From: Candidatus Omnitrophota bacterium
Lineage (GTDB): Bacteria > Omnitrophota > Omnitrophia > Omnitrophales > Aquincolibacteriaceae
Assembly (NCBI GenBank): GCA_003140935.1
Contig: PLLJ01000042.1
Coordinates: 10,144 to 74,143 of the forward strand
DNA: 64,000 nt
Direction: 5' to 3'
Position numbers and translations under genes: made by a program. The notes beneath the pieces are model-generated. The model worked only from the letters and a program-made list of their open reading frames with translations, was not told where the DNA came from and made no database searches. Positions 53,244-63,272 of the stretch are shown here, in pieces (within the stretch, counting starts at the first letter, position 1; every line of letters begins with the position of its first letter).

Positions 53244-54452
53244 ATGAACATTGATCTTGTAAGAAAAATCGACCTCTGGTTCGGGGTTCCCCTCTGTTTT
53301 TTAGTAAGTGTCTTTAACCGCATCGTGATTTTTTTTCGCCGTACCCGCCCGGCCCCTCGGCCTATCCGCAATATCCTTTTCATCAAGTTCTCCGAATTAG
53401 GAGCCATTATTTTATCGTTTCCACTCATGGCCCGTTTAAAGCGGGAATATCCCGATGCTCAGTTCTATTTTTTGACTTTCAAGAAAAATCAAGAAATTTT
53501 CCGTTTTATGGAAGGGATCATTCCTGAAAAAAATTTATACGTGATTCGCGAAAGTCCTTTGGGATTTGTCTTCGATATTTTGACGGCGATCATTCGGTTG
53601 CGCCACGAGGATATGGATTTCATTTTTGACCTCGAATTTTTTTCCCGTATTTCCGCGCTTTTAACGTATTTCATCCACGCGCCGAAACGGATAGGATTTG
53701 ACCGTTATACGTTTGAGGGGCTCTATCGCGGGAGTCTTATGACCCACAGGGTGTCCTACAACCCTTTGCTCCATGTCACCAAGAACTTTTTAGCTCTCTG
53801 CCAAGACATTCAAAAACCGGCGAAGACAAGTCCCGAACTTTTTTTTCCGACAAACCCTAAGGACCTTGTTTTTCCGAGGTACACTCCCGACAAAGAGGTG
53901 CGTGAAAGGCTTCTTCGCAAGCTCAAAGAACAGAAAAAAATTATTTTGTGGGAGAAAGTATTTCTTATTAATCCCGGCGAGGGAATGCTTCCTTTAAGAG
54001 AATGGCCTCTCGAGCGTTTTATCGAATTGACCCGGTTGATCCTCCAGGACACGTTGGCATGTGTGATCCTTGTCGGAGTGGACGGTGTAGCAGGGAAAGC
54101 CGACCGGATGGTCGAGGCCGTTGCCGACCCGCGATGCTTCAGTCTCACGGGTCAAACTTCGTTGGAAGAGTTATTAGAGCTTTTTTCGATGTCTCACGTT
54201 CTCATCTCCAATGATTGCGGTCTCGCTCATATAGCGATGCTTACCTCCCTCAAAATCATCACTCTTTTCGGACCCGAGAGCCCGAAGATCTTTGGCCCCC
54301 TGACAGAGTGTAGTCATGTGGTCTACGCCGACTGGCCTTGTTCACCTTGTTTGTCCGCTTTGAATCATCGCGACTCCGCTTGTCGTGACAACATGTGCCT
54401 TAAATCCATTACCGTGGCTGATATCCTTCAGCTGATTCCAGGAAGATCTTAA
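53244..54452 (+). CDS. Glycosyltransferase family 9 (heptosyltransferase-like)
   Basis: The GT9 C-terminal pattern: a GxxxG Rossmann region, VISNDCGLAHIAMLTSLKIITLFGPESP, then CSPC. About 400 aa. Confidence 0.7.
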   Translation: MNIDLVRKIDLWFGVPLCFLVSVFNRIVIFFRRTRPAPRPIRNILFIKFSELGAIILSFPLMARLKREYPDAQFYFLTFKKNQEIFRFMEGIIPEKNLYVIRESPLGFVFDILTAIIRLRHEDMDFIFDLEFFSRISALLTYFIHAPKRIGFDRYTFEGLYRGSLMTHRVSYNPLLHVTKNFLALCQDIQKPAKTSPELFFPTNPKDLVFPRYTPDKEVRERLLRKLKEQKKIILWEKVFLINPGEGMLPLREWPLERFIELTRLILQDTLACVILVGVDGVAGKADRMVEAVADPRCFSLTGQTSLEELLELFSMSHVLISNDCGLAHIAMLTSLKIITLFGPESPKIFGPLTECSHVVYADWPCSPCLSALNHRDSACRDNMCLKSITVADILQLIPGRS

Positions 54453-54453
54453 G

Positions 54454-56160
54454 GTGTCCATTTTAAATAAAGCCTCCCTCGCTCCTAGTATCCCTGTTCT
54501 TGTAGCTTTGCTAGTCCTGATCCCGGCCCTGGTGTACATGGGTTCGCTTCAAAATGGGTTTATTTGGGATGACGATTTAGTGATCACGCATAACGACTTT
54601 GTGAAGTCCTGGAAAAATTTCCCTATGATTTTCACCAAAGCCTACCTGAGTCCTTTTAGTCCGCTCGAAGAGGGAGTCTATCCCGGTTCTGGCGAAACAA
54701 CCTACCGTCCCGTCGTAACCATGTCTTATTTTTTGGACTATGCGATATGGAAAATGAACCCTTTTGGATACCATCTCACCAACTTGGCATGGCATTTATT
54801 GAATGTTTTGCTTTTATTTTTCTTTGCGGGGCTGTTGTTAAAAAAGTGGTGGGGCGCCTTTTGGGTTGCATTGCTTTTTGCCGTTCATCCGGTCAATTCA
54901 GAGGCCGTTAGCGTCATATCCTTTCGGGAAGATCTTCTTGTTTTTTTCTTTTACATCGGAACATGGATCCTCTTCATCCTCAAAGATCGCGCCCCAGGCA
55001 AGCAACAAGGGGTCTTCTCCCTTGCATCAGCAAGCTGTTTCTTTCTCGCGCTTTTTTCCAAAGAAATGGCCATTACCTTGCCGATCACCCTGATCGCGTA
55101 TGACTACTTTTTCACATTCGGTCAAAAGTGGAAAGAACTCGTTTCGCAAGCCCGGTCGCGATACGGTCTTTATTTTCTGATCGTTTTTCTTTACCTGGGA
55201 GTGTGGTTTTATTTTAAGCAGGAAGGGCTCACAGCGTCTTATCCGTATCCGGGCGGGAGCTTCTATACGAACTTCCTGACCATGGCAAAAGTATTTGCTG
55301 TGTATCTCCAGTGGATCCTTTTCCCTTTTCGCGTTCATCCGACCTTGCAATCGACGTTTCCCCCTATCATGGCTCATTCCATTCTGGAACCGAAAGTGCT
55401 GTTTTCGATCGGAGTGATTTTCGCGTACGCTCTCACTGTCCTTATGTTAAGAAAGAAGAAAAGAGAAATATCTTTCGCGCTCTTATGGTTTTGCGTGGCC
55501 CTTTTGCCGGTCAGCAATCTCATCCCGATCGCATCGATCATAGCGAGCCGTTATTTGTATTTACCCCTCGCAGGTTTTTCGATGGCGATCGCGCTGTTTT
55601 TTTTGGAGATTTTCGAGCTTCGCGTTCCCCTGATTTCTGAAGCCTTTTGGAAAAGACTTGTCCTGGATTTTTCCATTATCGTATTAGCGCTCTTGAGTAT
55701 GATCACAGTACTTATGCATCCCATCTGGAAGAACAATATCTCTTTGTGGACAAAAATAAGTTCTGAGTATCCTCGCGATCCGGACTCGCATTTGAACCTG
55801 GCCTATTTTTGGGGAGAGCTCGGACGATTGGATCAGGCGATCCGTGAATATGAAATGGCGATACAACTGTATCCGGTATATCCTGTTGCGTACAACAAAT
55901 ATGGCGCCACACTCGGAAGTTTTGGGCATTATCAAAAAGCGTTAAAGCTTTTCAAGGAAGCGATCCGTCTCGATCCTCAGTCTGTTTGCGCCTATAACAA
56001 TCTCGGGGCAACTTATGCTAATCTGAAAAATTGGGGGGAGGCGGAGAAAGCGTGGCGACAGGCATTGGTGCTGAATCCCAACAACGGCGACGTGCAAAGA
56101 AATCTCAAAAAGCTCGAGGAGTTTTCCCCTTATCGAAAAAATGACGCAAAGATGCGATAA
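54454..56160 (+). CDS. Integral membrane GT39/PMT_2-like protein with C-terminal TPR repeats
   Basis: About 11 TM helices, then TPR-like repeats (AYFWGELGRLDQAIREYEMAIQLYP...AYNNLGATYANLKNWGEAEKAWRQALVLNP). GTG start 1 nt after the GT9 stop. Confidence 0.6.
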   Translation: MSILNKASLAPSIPVLVALLVLIPALVYMGSLQNGFIWDDDLVITHNDFVKSWKNFPMIFTKAYLSPFSPLEEGVYPGSGETTYRPVVTMSYFLDYAIWKMNPFGYHLTNLAWHLLNVLLLFFFAGLLLKKWWGAFWVALLFAVHPVNSEAVSVISFREDLLVFFFYIGTWILFILKDRAPGKQQGVFSLASASCFFLALFSKEMAITLPITLIAYDYFFTFGQKWKELVSQARSRYGLYFLIVFLYLGVWFYFKQEGLTASYPYPGGSFYTNFLTMAKVFAVYLQWILFPFRVHPTLQSTFPPIMAHSILEPKVLFSIGVIFAYALTVLMLRKKKREISFALLWFCVALLPVSNLIPIASIIASRYLYLPLAGFSMAIALFFLEIFELRVPLISEAFWKRLVLDFSIIVLALLSMITVLMHPIWKNNISLWTKISSEYPRDPDSHLNLAYFWGELGRLDQAIREYEMAIQLYPVYPVAYNKYGATLGSFGHYQKALKLFKEAIRLDPQSVCAYNNLGATYANLKNWGEAEKAWRQALVLNPNNGDVQRNLKKLEEFSPYRKNDAKMR

Positions 56161-56345
56161 GATATAAAATGCTATTTGCCTCAATGCGGCAGCATCCTTA
56201 AAAGCGGTCCTCCTTATAAAAAACTCATCCGAAATAAGATGCAAGATAGAATAATTTGACGTATAGTACGGCATCAAAAATGACGTTCTCCTCTGGGGCG
56301 CTTTGTCCCGGAGGGCGCGCAACATAACGAAGGAGATTCACCGTA

Positions 56346-56546
56346 ATGGCAAAAGGTAAAGTCAAGTGGTTCAATAATCAAAAAGGTTATGGATTCATCA
56401 CGCCTGAGAATGGCGCCGATGTGTTTGTCCATCACACTGCGATCCAGGGCGAAGGCTACAAGTCTTTGGAAGAAGGCCAGGCTGTGGAGTTTGAGATCAC
56501 CCAAGGTCCTAAGGGCGATCAGGCAGTCAACGTCGTCAAGATCTAA
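56346..56546 (+). CDS. Cold-shock protein (CspA family)
   Basis: [34 protein letters not shown] carries the RNP1 and RNP2 motifs. 66 aa. RBS AAGGAG. Confidence 0.9.
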   Translation: MAKGKVKWFNNQKGYGFITPENGADVFVHHTAIQGEGYKSLEEGQAVEFEITQGPKGDQAVNVVKI

Positions 56547-56559
56547 AGGTCCGTAAAGT

Positions 56560-56596
56560 CCGGGGCCCGGTCTTAAAGCCGGGCCCCGGTTTTTTA
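56560..56596 (+). terminator. Rho-independent terminator after the csp gene
   Basis: An 11-bp perfect stem ccggggcccgg-tcttaaag-ccgggccccgg followed by tttttt. Confidence 0.8.
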
Positions 56597-56749
56597 GCAC
56601 CGTTTCACATTTGATTTTTAGGGGTAAACGGTGCAATACTGTTAACCCATGAAATCAAATGGAGAACAGTATTAGAGTCCAAGCTCTTCTTTTTATCCCG
56701 CCTGTAAGGTCGTGAGACTCCGTTTGTCGTTCCTTTGCCAACAGGCAAA
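56597..56749 (+). other. Structured RNA region upstream of typA. It has two hairpins with 9-bp stems (56597-56634 and 56635-56673) whose loops are complementary over 10 nt, and a third small hairpin (56734-56749).
   Basis: GCACCGTTT/AAACGGTGC and AATACTGTT/AACAGTATT. Loop 1 CATTTGATTT is the reverse complement of loop 2 AAATCAAATG. TTTGCC-aaca-GGCAAA. Confidence 0.35.
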
Positions 56750-56778
56750 CGTATGGGGGAAAATTTCACTGAGGATTT

Positions 56779-58632
56779 ATGCCGATCCAAAAAAGACGTA
56801 AAGATGTCCGGAATGTCGCTATTGTCGCTCACGTCGACCACGGAAAGACCACGCTCGTTGACGCCCTTTTAAAACAGAGCGGTGCCTACAAGTTCGAGGC
56901 TGGAGAATCTACCATTATGGATTCCAACGATCTGGAGCGCGAGCGCGGGATCACCATCTTTTCAAAGAACGCCTCGTTCCGTTATAAGGACGTGCAATTC
57001 AATATCGTGGACACACCCGGCCACGCCGATTTCGGAAGCGAAGTCGAGCGGATCCTCAAGATGGTCGACGGGGTCCTGCTCTTGGTCGATGCCTATGACG
57101 GGCCGATGCCTCAGACCAAATTTGTTTTAAAAAAATCCCTTGCCTTACATCTGAAACCGATCCTCGTGGTCAATAAAATAGACCGTCCGAATTGCCGGCC
57201 CCACGAAGTGATGGACATGACGTTCGATCTTTTTTGTGAGTTGAATGCCACGGACGAACAGCTGGATTTTCCCGTGGTGTATGCCTCGGGCCGGGAGGGA
57301 TGGGCTGCGCTGGACCTTGAAGACGAGCGGAAGGATATGACTCCGCTCCTTGAGACTATTTTGCATCGTGTCCTGCCGCCGATCGCGGATCCCGAACAGC
57401 CGTTCCAGATGCTTGTGACCATGCTTGATTATGATAATTATGTGGGGCGCATTGCGATCGGACGCATTGCCCACGGACAGATCCGTTACGGCGATCCCAT
57501 GGTCGTGGTGAAGCTTAACGGCGAGGTGATCCGCGGCAAAGTGACCAAGATCCTGAAGTACCAGGGGCTCCAGCGGGTCGAAGCTCAGGACGCGATGGCC
57601 GGGGATATTATTTCCATCAGCGGGATCGACGATGTAAAAGTGGGAGAAACGCTGGCTTCTCCGGACAAACCTGAGGCATTGCCGACCTTAAAGATCGACG
57701 AGCCTACGATCTCCATGAATTTCTCCCATAATACCAGCCCGCTTGCAGGTAAGGACGGCGGCCGGTTCCTGACCTCCCGTCATATCCGTGAACGGCTCAC
57801 GCATGAAGCAATGATGAATGTCGGGGTCAAAGTGGAAGAGGTGGAAGGCGGGGAACGTTTCAAGGTCTCCGGCCGCGGGGAACTGCATCTTGCGATCCTG
57901 ATCGAGACGATGCGCCGCGAAGGTTACGAACTGGAGGTTTCGCCGCCGAAAGTGATCTTGAAGACGGTCGAAGGAGAACTTTATGAGCCCGTGGAAGAAG
58001 TCACCATCGAAGTGGACCCCGGCTATCAGGGCTGGGTGATTGAAGCTTTGGGGAAGCGCCGGGCCGAGATGAAGCACATGAACATGAGTGCGGTGGGCGG
58101 GACGGTCCGCATGGAATTCCTTGTCGCGTCGCGAGCGCTCCTGGGTTTTCGCAATGAATTCATGGTCATGACGCGCGGGACGGGTATGATGTACCAGAAT
58201 TTTTTTGAATACCAGCCGTTCAAAGGCGATATGCCCGAGCGTCAGTCCGGCGTGCAGATATCCCAATTGGACGGAAAAGCGGTGGCCTATTCGCTTTGGG
58301 GCCTTCAGGAGCGCGGAGAGATCTTTGTCCAGCCGGGCTGTATCCTTTACGAAGGGATGATCATCGGCGTGAACAATAAGGGGCATGATCTTGTCGTGAA
58401 CGCGATCCGTGAAAAAAAGCAGACCAATATGCGTTCCTCCGGAGCCGATGAGGCGATCCAGCTGATCACGCCCCGGGAAATGACTCTAGAGTTTGCGCTG
58501 GAGTTCATCGAAGAGGACGAACTTGTGGAGATCACCCCGAAGAATATCCGGTTGCGGAAAAGGTATTTGACTGAAAACGAGCGTAAGGCTATGGGGCGGG
58601 TGGCCGTGGGCAAAAGGCTGGGTTCCTCCTAG
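56779..58632 (+). CDS. typA: Translational GTPase TypA/BipA
   Basis: G-domain RNVAIVAHVDHGKTTLVDALL, DTPGHADF, NKIDR. 617 aa with domain order matching BipA. RBS GAGGA. Confidence 0.9.
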   Translation: MPIQKRRKDVRNVAIVAHVDHGKTTLVDALLKQSGAYKFEAGESTIMDSNDLERERGITIFSKNASFRYKDVQFNIVDTPGHADFGSEVERILKMVDGVLLLVDAYDGPMPQTKFVLKKSLALHLKPILVVNKIDRPNCRPHEVMDMTFDLFCELNATDEQLDFPVVYASGREGWAALDLEDERKDMTPLLETILHRVLPPIADPEQPFQMLVTMLDYDNYVGRIAIGRIAHGQIRYGDPMVVVKLNGEVIRGKVTKILKYQGLQRVEAQDAMAGDIISISGIDDVKVGETLASPDKPEALPTLKIDEPTISMNFSHNTSPLAGKDGGRFLTSRHIRERLTHEAMMNVGVKVEEVEGGERFKVSGRGELHLAILIETMRREGYELEVSPPKVILKTVEGELYEPVEEVTIEVDPGYQGWVIEALGKRRAEMKHMNMSAVGGTVRMEFLVASRALLGFRNEFMVMTRGTGMMYQNFFEYQPFKGDMPERQSGVQISQLDGKAVAYSLWGLQERGEIFVQPGCILYEGMIIGVNNKGHDLVVNAIREKKQTNMRSSGADEAIQLITPREMTLEFALEFIEEDELVEITPKNIRLRKRYLTENERKAMGRVAVGKRLGSS

Positions 58633-58720
58633 CGCAGTTTGACGGGGCTTTGTGGCAGGAGCAAGATTTTATGTATCATCAAGGCAGTATAAAAACCCAA
58701 ACTCACCGAAAGGAGTCACC

Positions 58721-59377
58721 ATGAAAAAATGGTTTTTACTTTCTTATTGTCTTCTTCTCGCAGGATGCGCAGGGCAAACGTCGGTAACCACGGCGTCCTC
58801 CCAAAACGCATCGCGCACCGGATCGCCGACCGCTGTCCCGGAAACGCAAACCGTAGCGCCCGTTCCGACCCCCGTTCCTTCCACCCCAACCCCCGAAACA
58901 GCAAAGGATAACACTATTGTGAAGATCAAGATCGAGACTACGATGGGAGATATTTACGCGGATCTGTATCAAGCGGAAGTGCCGAAGACCGTCGAGAATT
59001 TCGTGACGCTCGCCAAAAAAGGTTTTTATGACGGGATCATTTTCCACCGCGTGATTCCGGGCTTCATGATCCAGACCGGCGATCCGACGGGCACCGGTAT
59101 GGGCGGACCGGGATACCAGTTCGCGGACGAATTTTCGAAGAAACTGCGTCATGACAAACCGGGCGTACTCGCCATGGCGAATTCCGGGCCGAACACCAAC
59201 GGCAGTCAGTTCTTCATCACCGAGGTCCCGACCCCGTGGCTGGATGACCGTCATTCCGTTTTCGGGCAGGTGACCGGAGGCATGGATGTGGTGCTCGCGA
59301 TCGCCCAGGCGCCCCGGGACCGTCAGGATAAGCCGGTCCAGAAGATCGCCATGAATAAAGTCGTCGTTCTTTCCTAA
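58721..59377 (+). CDS. Cyclophilin-type peptidyl-prolyl cis-trans isomerase lipoprotein with a Pro/Thr-rich linker
   Basis: RBS AGGAG. Lipobox LLAGCAG. PT-rich linker. Cyclophilin core [25 protein letters not shown]...GSQFFIT. Confidence 0.85.
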   Translation: MKKWFLLSYCLLLAGCAGQTSVTTASSQNASRTGSPTAVPETQTVAPVPTPVPSTPTPETAKDNTIVKIKIETTMGDIYADLYQAEVPKTVENFVTLAKKGFYDGIIFHRVIPGFMIQTGDPTGTGMGGPGYQFADEFSKKLRHDKPGVLAMANSGPNTNGSQFFITEVPTPWLDDRHSVFGQVTGGMDVVLAIAQAPRDRQDKPVQKIAMNKVVVLS

Positions 59378-59405
59378 TCATTCAGGAAGAGATTCTTACC
59401 CCGCA

Positions 59406-59429
59406 GCGCCGGTGTAAAAACACCGGCGC
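59406..59429 (+). repeat. Hairpin GCGCCGGTG-taaaaa-CACCGGCGC between the PPIase and flavoprotein genes
   Basis: Read directly. No T-tract, so it may act as a terminator or stabiliser. Confidence 0.3.
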
Positions 59430-59444
59430 CGTGCGGAGGCACCG

Positions 59445-60689
59445 ATGCAGCCAACTTCATGGGACGTGATCATTATAGGGGCGGGACCGGCGGGGCTCAT
59501 GGCCGCGATTCCCTGCGCCGAAAGCGGACTTCGGACTCTCGTTCTTGATTCCCAAGGAACGATCGGGGCCAAGCTTCTTCTCTCCGGCGGCGGTCGTTGC
59601 AATGTGACCAACCTTAAGGTCAGCGAAAAGGATTATCAGACCGGCGAGCCCCGGACCGTACGCAATATTCTTCGGTCTTTTCCTCCCGAGCGCACTCTGG
59701 CATTTTTCAAAGAACTCGGTGTGGAGATGGTCCTGGAGGAAGGGACGAAATATTTTCCTGAGCGGCAGTCCGCGAAAGTCGTGCTTCAAGCTTTACTCCG
59801 GGCTTCCCAGCATGCCGGTGTAATAATTCAAACAGGGAAAAAAGTCAAAACCGTTTCCAAAGAGCGCAAAAATTTCTGTGTTAGGGGAGAAGATTTCGAG
59901 TGTTCCGCCGAAACGCTTGTGATCGCGACCGGTGGCCTGTCGTACCCGGGGACCGGAAGCGACGGCTCAGGCTATCTTTTGGCGAAGTCTTTGGGGCACA
60001 GGATCGTTCCGACAACACCCGCGCTCGCGCCTCTCATTACGGACGAACCCGATTGGAAAACTCTTGCGGGCATTACGCTGCCGGTCAGGCTTTCCGTGAT
60101 CGCTGAAGGGAAAAAGATCGCCGGGAGCGAAGGGGCGCTGCTTTTTACGCATCTTGGTTTCAGCGGACCCGCGGCACTCGATATCAGCGGGTCGTGGCTC
60201 CGCTGTCAGACAGCACAAAAAAATCTGGTCGTAAATTTTCTCCCAGCTCGCCGGGAGGCAGATCTTTTGGCGGAATGGGCGCGCGGGGTCGCGGAACATC
60301 CCGATCGGAGTTGGAAACGCTCCCTCACGCAATATCTTCCCGAAAGGCTCGCGGAAGTCCTTCTCAGAAAAAGCGGGATCGATCCAAGATCACGGCTCGA
60401 TCAGATCTCCAAAAAAGGAAGAGCATCTTTCATCCGTGCTCTTCTTCATTGTCCGATCGGAGTGAGCGGTTCGCAAGGGTATGAAAAAGCCGAGGTCACT
60501 GCGGGCGGGGTGGACCTCGGGGAGGTCGACCCGAAGACCTTGGCGTCAAATTTGTGCCCCCGTCTTTTCTTTGCGGGAGAGGTCCTGGACGTGGACGGCC
60601 GTATCGGCGGGTTCAATTTCCAGTGGGCTTGGTCAAGCGGGGCCGTGGTCGGGCAGGCGATCATGCGCGAGCTGAGTCTTCAAGCTTGA
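59445..60689 (+). CDS. NAD(P)/FAD-dependent oxidoreductase of the HI0933/BaiN family
   Basis: Dinucleotide fold DVIIIGAGPAGLMAA...GGGRCNVTN and the family C-terminal GEVLDVDGRIGGFNFQWAWSSG. Confidence 0.75.
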   Translation: MQPTSWDVIIIGAGPAGLMAAIPCAESGLRTLVLDSQGTIGAKLLLSGGGRCNVTNLKVSEKDYQTGEPRTVRNILRSFPPERTLAFFKELGVEMVLEEGTKYFPERQSAKVVLQALLRASQHAGVIIQTGKKVKTVSKERKNFCVRGEDFECSAETLVIATGGLSYPGTGSDGSGYLLAKSLGHRIVPTTPALAPLITDEPDWKTLAGITLPVRLSVIAEGKKIAGSEGALLFTHLGFSGPAALDISGSWLRCQTAQKNLVVNFLPARREADLLAEWARGVAEHPDRSWKRSLTQYLPERLAEVLLRKSGIDPRSRLDQISKKGRASFIRALLHCPIGVSGSQGYEKAEVTAGGVDLGEVDPKTLASNLCPRLFFAGEVLDVDGRIGGFNFQWAWSSGAVVGQAIMRELSLQA

Positions 60690-60806
60690 CCCTGTTTATG
60701 CCGTTACAAAACAAACGAATTTCATGGTCACAAACAGTTTTTATGGGTAGATTATGCAAGGTTTCCTTCCGCATTTACATTTAACAGCATAGAACGGGGT
60801 TCCTTC

Positions 60807-62180
60807 ATGAAAAGAAGTGTTTTATTCTTGCTCGCGTTTCTCTTTATTTTTTCGATGGCCTATGCCGAAGAGGAGCTTCCGCCGCTTCCTAAGGGTCCGA
60901 TGATCCTCACGAGCGCTACTCCCGCGATGCAGTCACCGGAATACTGGATCAAACGCATTCCGGGAGCGGAAAAACCCATCAAGACCATGGATCAAATGAA
61001 ACATTTCAATGAAGAGATCAAGCACATGGTGCCTGAGAACATCGACGTCCTTAAGCTCGACAAGACACGTCCCGGAAAGGCGGTCATCGACCAACTTCAA
61101 TTAGAGTACGACACGCTCAAGAACCGCAAGCTTTTCGATGAAAACGACAAAGTCGTTCCCCAAAGTTTTTTTGAGGAAAAGGTCAAGCCCCTCATGCAGA
61201 TCGACCAAGTGCCCTCCAAGATCAAAGTGAAGTGGGGTGTGGCGACACAAGCCACCTCGGTGCGCGCGGTCCCGACGATGGTAAAAATGATCGAGGGAAA
61301 AGGGGACGTCGAGTTTGATCAGCTGCAATACACTTTGATCAAGCTTTGGACGCCGGTGGCGATCTATCACAAGTCCAGCGATGAAAAATGGTTCTATATT
61401 CAAGCGCCGTATATCCGGGGATGGGTCAAGGCGAAAGATATCGTGATCTTCGAAGGACGCGACGAGCTTAAGACGCGCCTTAAGTCCGGCAGTTTTCTTG
61501 TGGTCACGGGTGAAAGTGTCCGCGTGTTCCGCGACGCGACTTTGAAAGATGTTTTTCAGCGGCCGAGCATGGGAACGGTGATCCCCATGGCGACTTCCAA
61601 GTCTTCCGAAGGGGCTTATCCCGTGTGGATACCCTATCGCAAAGAGAGCGGGGCCGTGGGGCTAACGAAATGTTACATCAGCCGCAAAAGCGATGTGACC
61701 AAGGGTTTCCCGGTGTACAGTCAGGCGAATGTGATCCGCCAGGCGTTCAAACTCTTGGGCGCACGCTATGGCTGGGGCGGGCAATACAACGGTCGCGACT
61801 GTTCTGGATTTACGCATGACGTTTTCTTGAGCATGGGTGTGGATCTGCCGCGCGATTCCAAACAGCAAGCCATGGTCGGAACGCAGCTTGGATATTTTGA
61901 ACCTTTCCGGGATGACGCGCAAAGAAAAGCAACCTTAAGGGCCTCAAGACCCGGGATCACGCTCCTCAAGATGCCGCATCACGAGATGATCTATCTCGGG
62001 ACCGTGAACGATCAGTTCTATGTGATCCATTCGACCTGGGCCGAGCGTACCGGCGACGACCCAGTGGCGGATGAGAAGAACCGGATCAACCAGGTGGTCG
62101 TTTCCGATCTGGAACTGAACGGCCGTTCCTATATCGGGTCGCTTTTTGACCGCATCCTTTCTATCAACGAGGTCGATTAG
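60807..62180 (+). CDS. Secreted NlpC/P60 (C40) cell-wall peptidase with N-terminal SH3-like domains
   Basis: Signal peptide MKRSVLFLLAFLFIFSMAYA. Catalytic Cys in NGRDCSGFTHDVF and His in YLGTVNDQFYVIHS. Confidence 0.75.
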   Translation: MKRSVLFLLAFLFIFSMAYAEEELPPLPKGPMILTSATPAMQSPEYWIKRIPGAEKPIKTMDQMKHFNEEIKHMVPENIDVLKLDKTRPGKAVIDQLQLEYDTLKNRKLFDENDKVVPQSFFEEKVKPLMQIDQVPSKIKVKWGVATQATSVRAVPTMVKMIEGKGDVEFDQLQYTLIKLWTPVAIYHKSSDEKWFYIQAPYIRGWVKAKDIVIFEGRDELKTRLKSGSFLVVTGESVRVFRDATLKDVFQRPSMGTVIPMATSKSSEGAYPVWIPYRKESGAVGLTKCYISRKSDVTKGFPVYSQANVIRQAFKLLGARYGWGGQYNGRDCSGFTHDVFLSMGVDLPRDSKQQAMVGTQLGYFEPFRDDAQRKATLRASRPGITLLKMPHHEMIYLGTVNDQFYVIHSTWAERTGDDPVADEKNRINQVVVSDLELNGRSYIGSLFDRILSINEVD

Positions 62181-62181
62181 A

Positions 62182-62733
62182 TTGTTACGCAGGACGTTCG
62201 TCCTCTCAATTATTTTGTTTTTCATGGTTCCCGCCTGCTTTCTCCACGCGGAGAAAATGGAAGTCCCGTCGAAAGGATTATCGATCGAACCTTCGCAGGA
62301 TTGGATCGAACTGCCACCTCCGTTCCAGGGCGTGGTGGTTTCCTACGGGAAGAAGGGGACTTTGGCTACCTTCCATATCACCGAAAGAACTCTCGATGAG
62401 GTTAAAAACATTGACCAGTTGAAGTGGGAAGACCTCTTCAGTCCGGAATTCGGATCGATCGATATCCGGACGCAGAACGTTACTTTTGTCGGCGGGGAAA
62501 AAGCGAAGTTTTGCGTTTATACGCTGAAGCCGGGTGAGTTTAAAAGAACCATGGAAGGCAAGCTTCCCGCCAAATATATCAATTATGTCCTGATCCACCA
62601 AGGCAAACTCTTTTCCATCACGTTCGCGGATAAAGAGGATGGATTTGCAGTGACCTATCCGTCGTTCCTTGCCGTTATTCGTACGCTCCGGTTCGATGCG
62701 ACGAAGCCAGTCCCTCCGCGGAAACCGGTATGA
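62182..62733 (+). CDS. Hypothetical exported protein (probable TTG start)
   Basis: LLRRTFVLSIILFFMVPACFLHA looks like a signal peptide. No recognisable domain. The start is inferred. Confidence 0.35.
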   Translation: MLRRTFVLSIILFFMVPACFLHAEKMEVPSKGLSIEPSQDWIELPPPFQGVVVSYGKKGTLATFHITERTLDEVKNIDQLKWEDLFSPEFGSIDIRTQNVTFVGGEKAKFCVYTLKPGEFKRTMEGKLPAKYINYVLIHQGKLFSITFADKEDGFAVTYPSFLAVIRTLRFDATKPVPPRKPV

Positions 62734-63077
62734 CATTCCGGGATTTTCTTGCCGAGCTCCAGACCCTCAAAATCGAAGAATTACGCGCTCAAAGCGAGGA
62801 ATATTTTGAAGCCGTGATCTCCAGGACCCATCTTGATCCTCTGCATAAGATCCTGACGGCTTATTTTGGTCCGCCGCTCAAGCCCGAAGGTCAGTCGCCT
62901 TCCGGAGAGGCGAACCAACGCGCCAAACCCCACGGAGGGATACGCAAGGATCAGACGATGTATTTTCGCCAAGACGGGGATCATGCCGAGTGCGCGCTTC
63001 TTTGGCCTTGGGGAAATGGCATTTGCATTACGGTCAAGATCATTCAGTCCCAAAGCTCCGTTCCGGCAGGCGGTTGA
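62730..63077 (+). CDS. Hypothetical protein, 115 aa
   Basis: The ORF overlaps the previous stop by 4 nt (ATGA). No domain recognised. Weak. Confidence 0.3.
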   Translation: MTFRDFLAELQTLKIEELRAQSEEYFEAVISRTHLDPLHKILTAYFGPPLKPEGQSPSGEANQRAKPHGGIRKDQTMYFRQDGDHAECALLWPWGNGICITVKIIQSQSSVPAGG

Positions 63078-63272
63078 AAGAGTTTTCTGGAAAGTCTCCT
63101 TTTTTGCAAGTCCTGAGGATTATCCCAACGCATTGATCCCAAGCCAGTTAGAGAGATTGTTTAGAAGGTTCTTGAACTGGACAGAAACAGTCTGGTTTGT
63201 TATAATTTCGTATAAGAGTAAAGTGACAAGGTAAAGAATGCCTGTCCACTCGGCAGTGAAGAAAGGAAGGAT

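Noticed and set aside
56161-56345. Possible promoter or cold-box elements in the csp 5' region (TTGACG and a TGACGT direct repeat)
   Set aside because: The -10/-35 spacing was not convincing by eye and a long csp 5'UTR is expected anyway. No specific claim could be supported.
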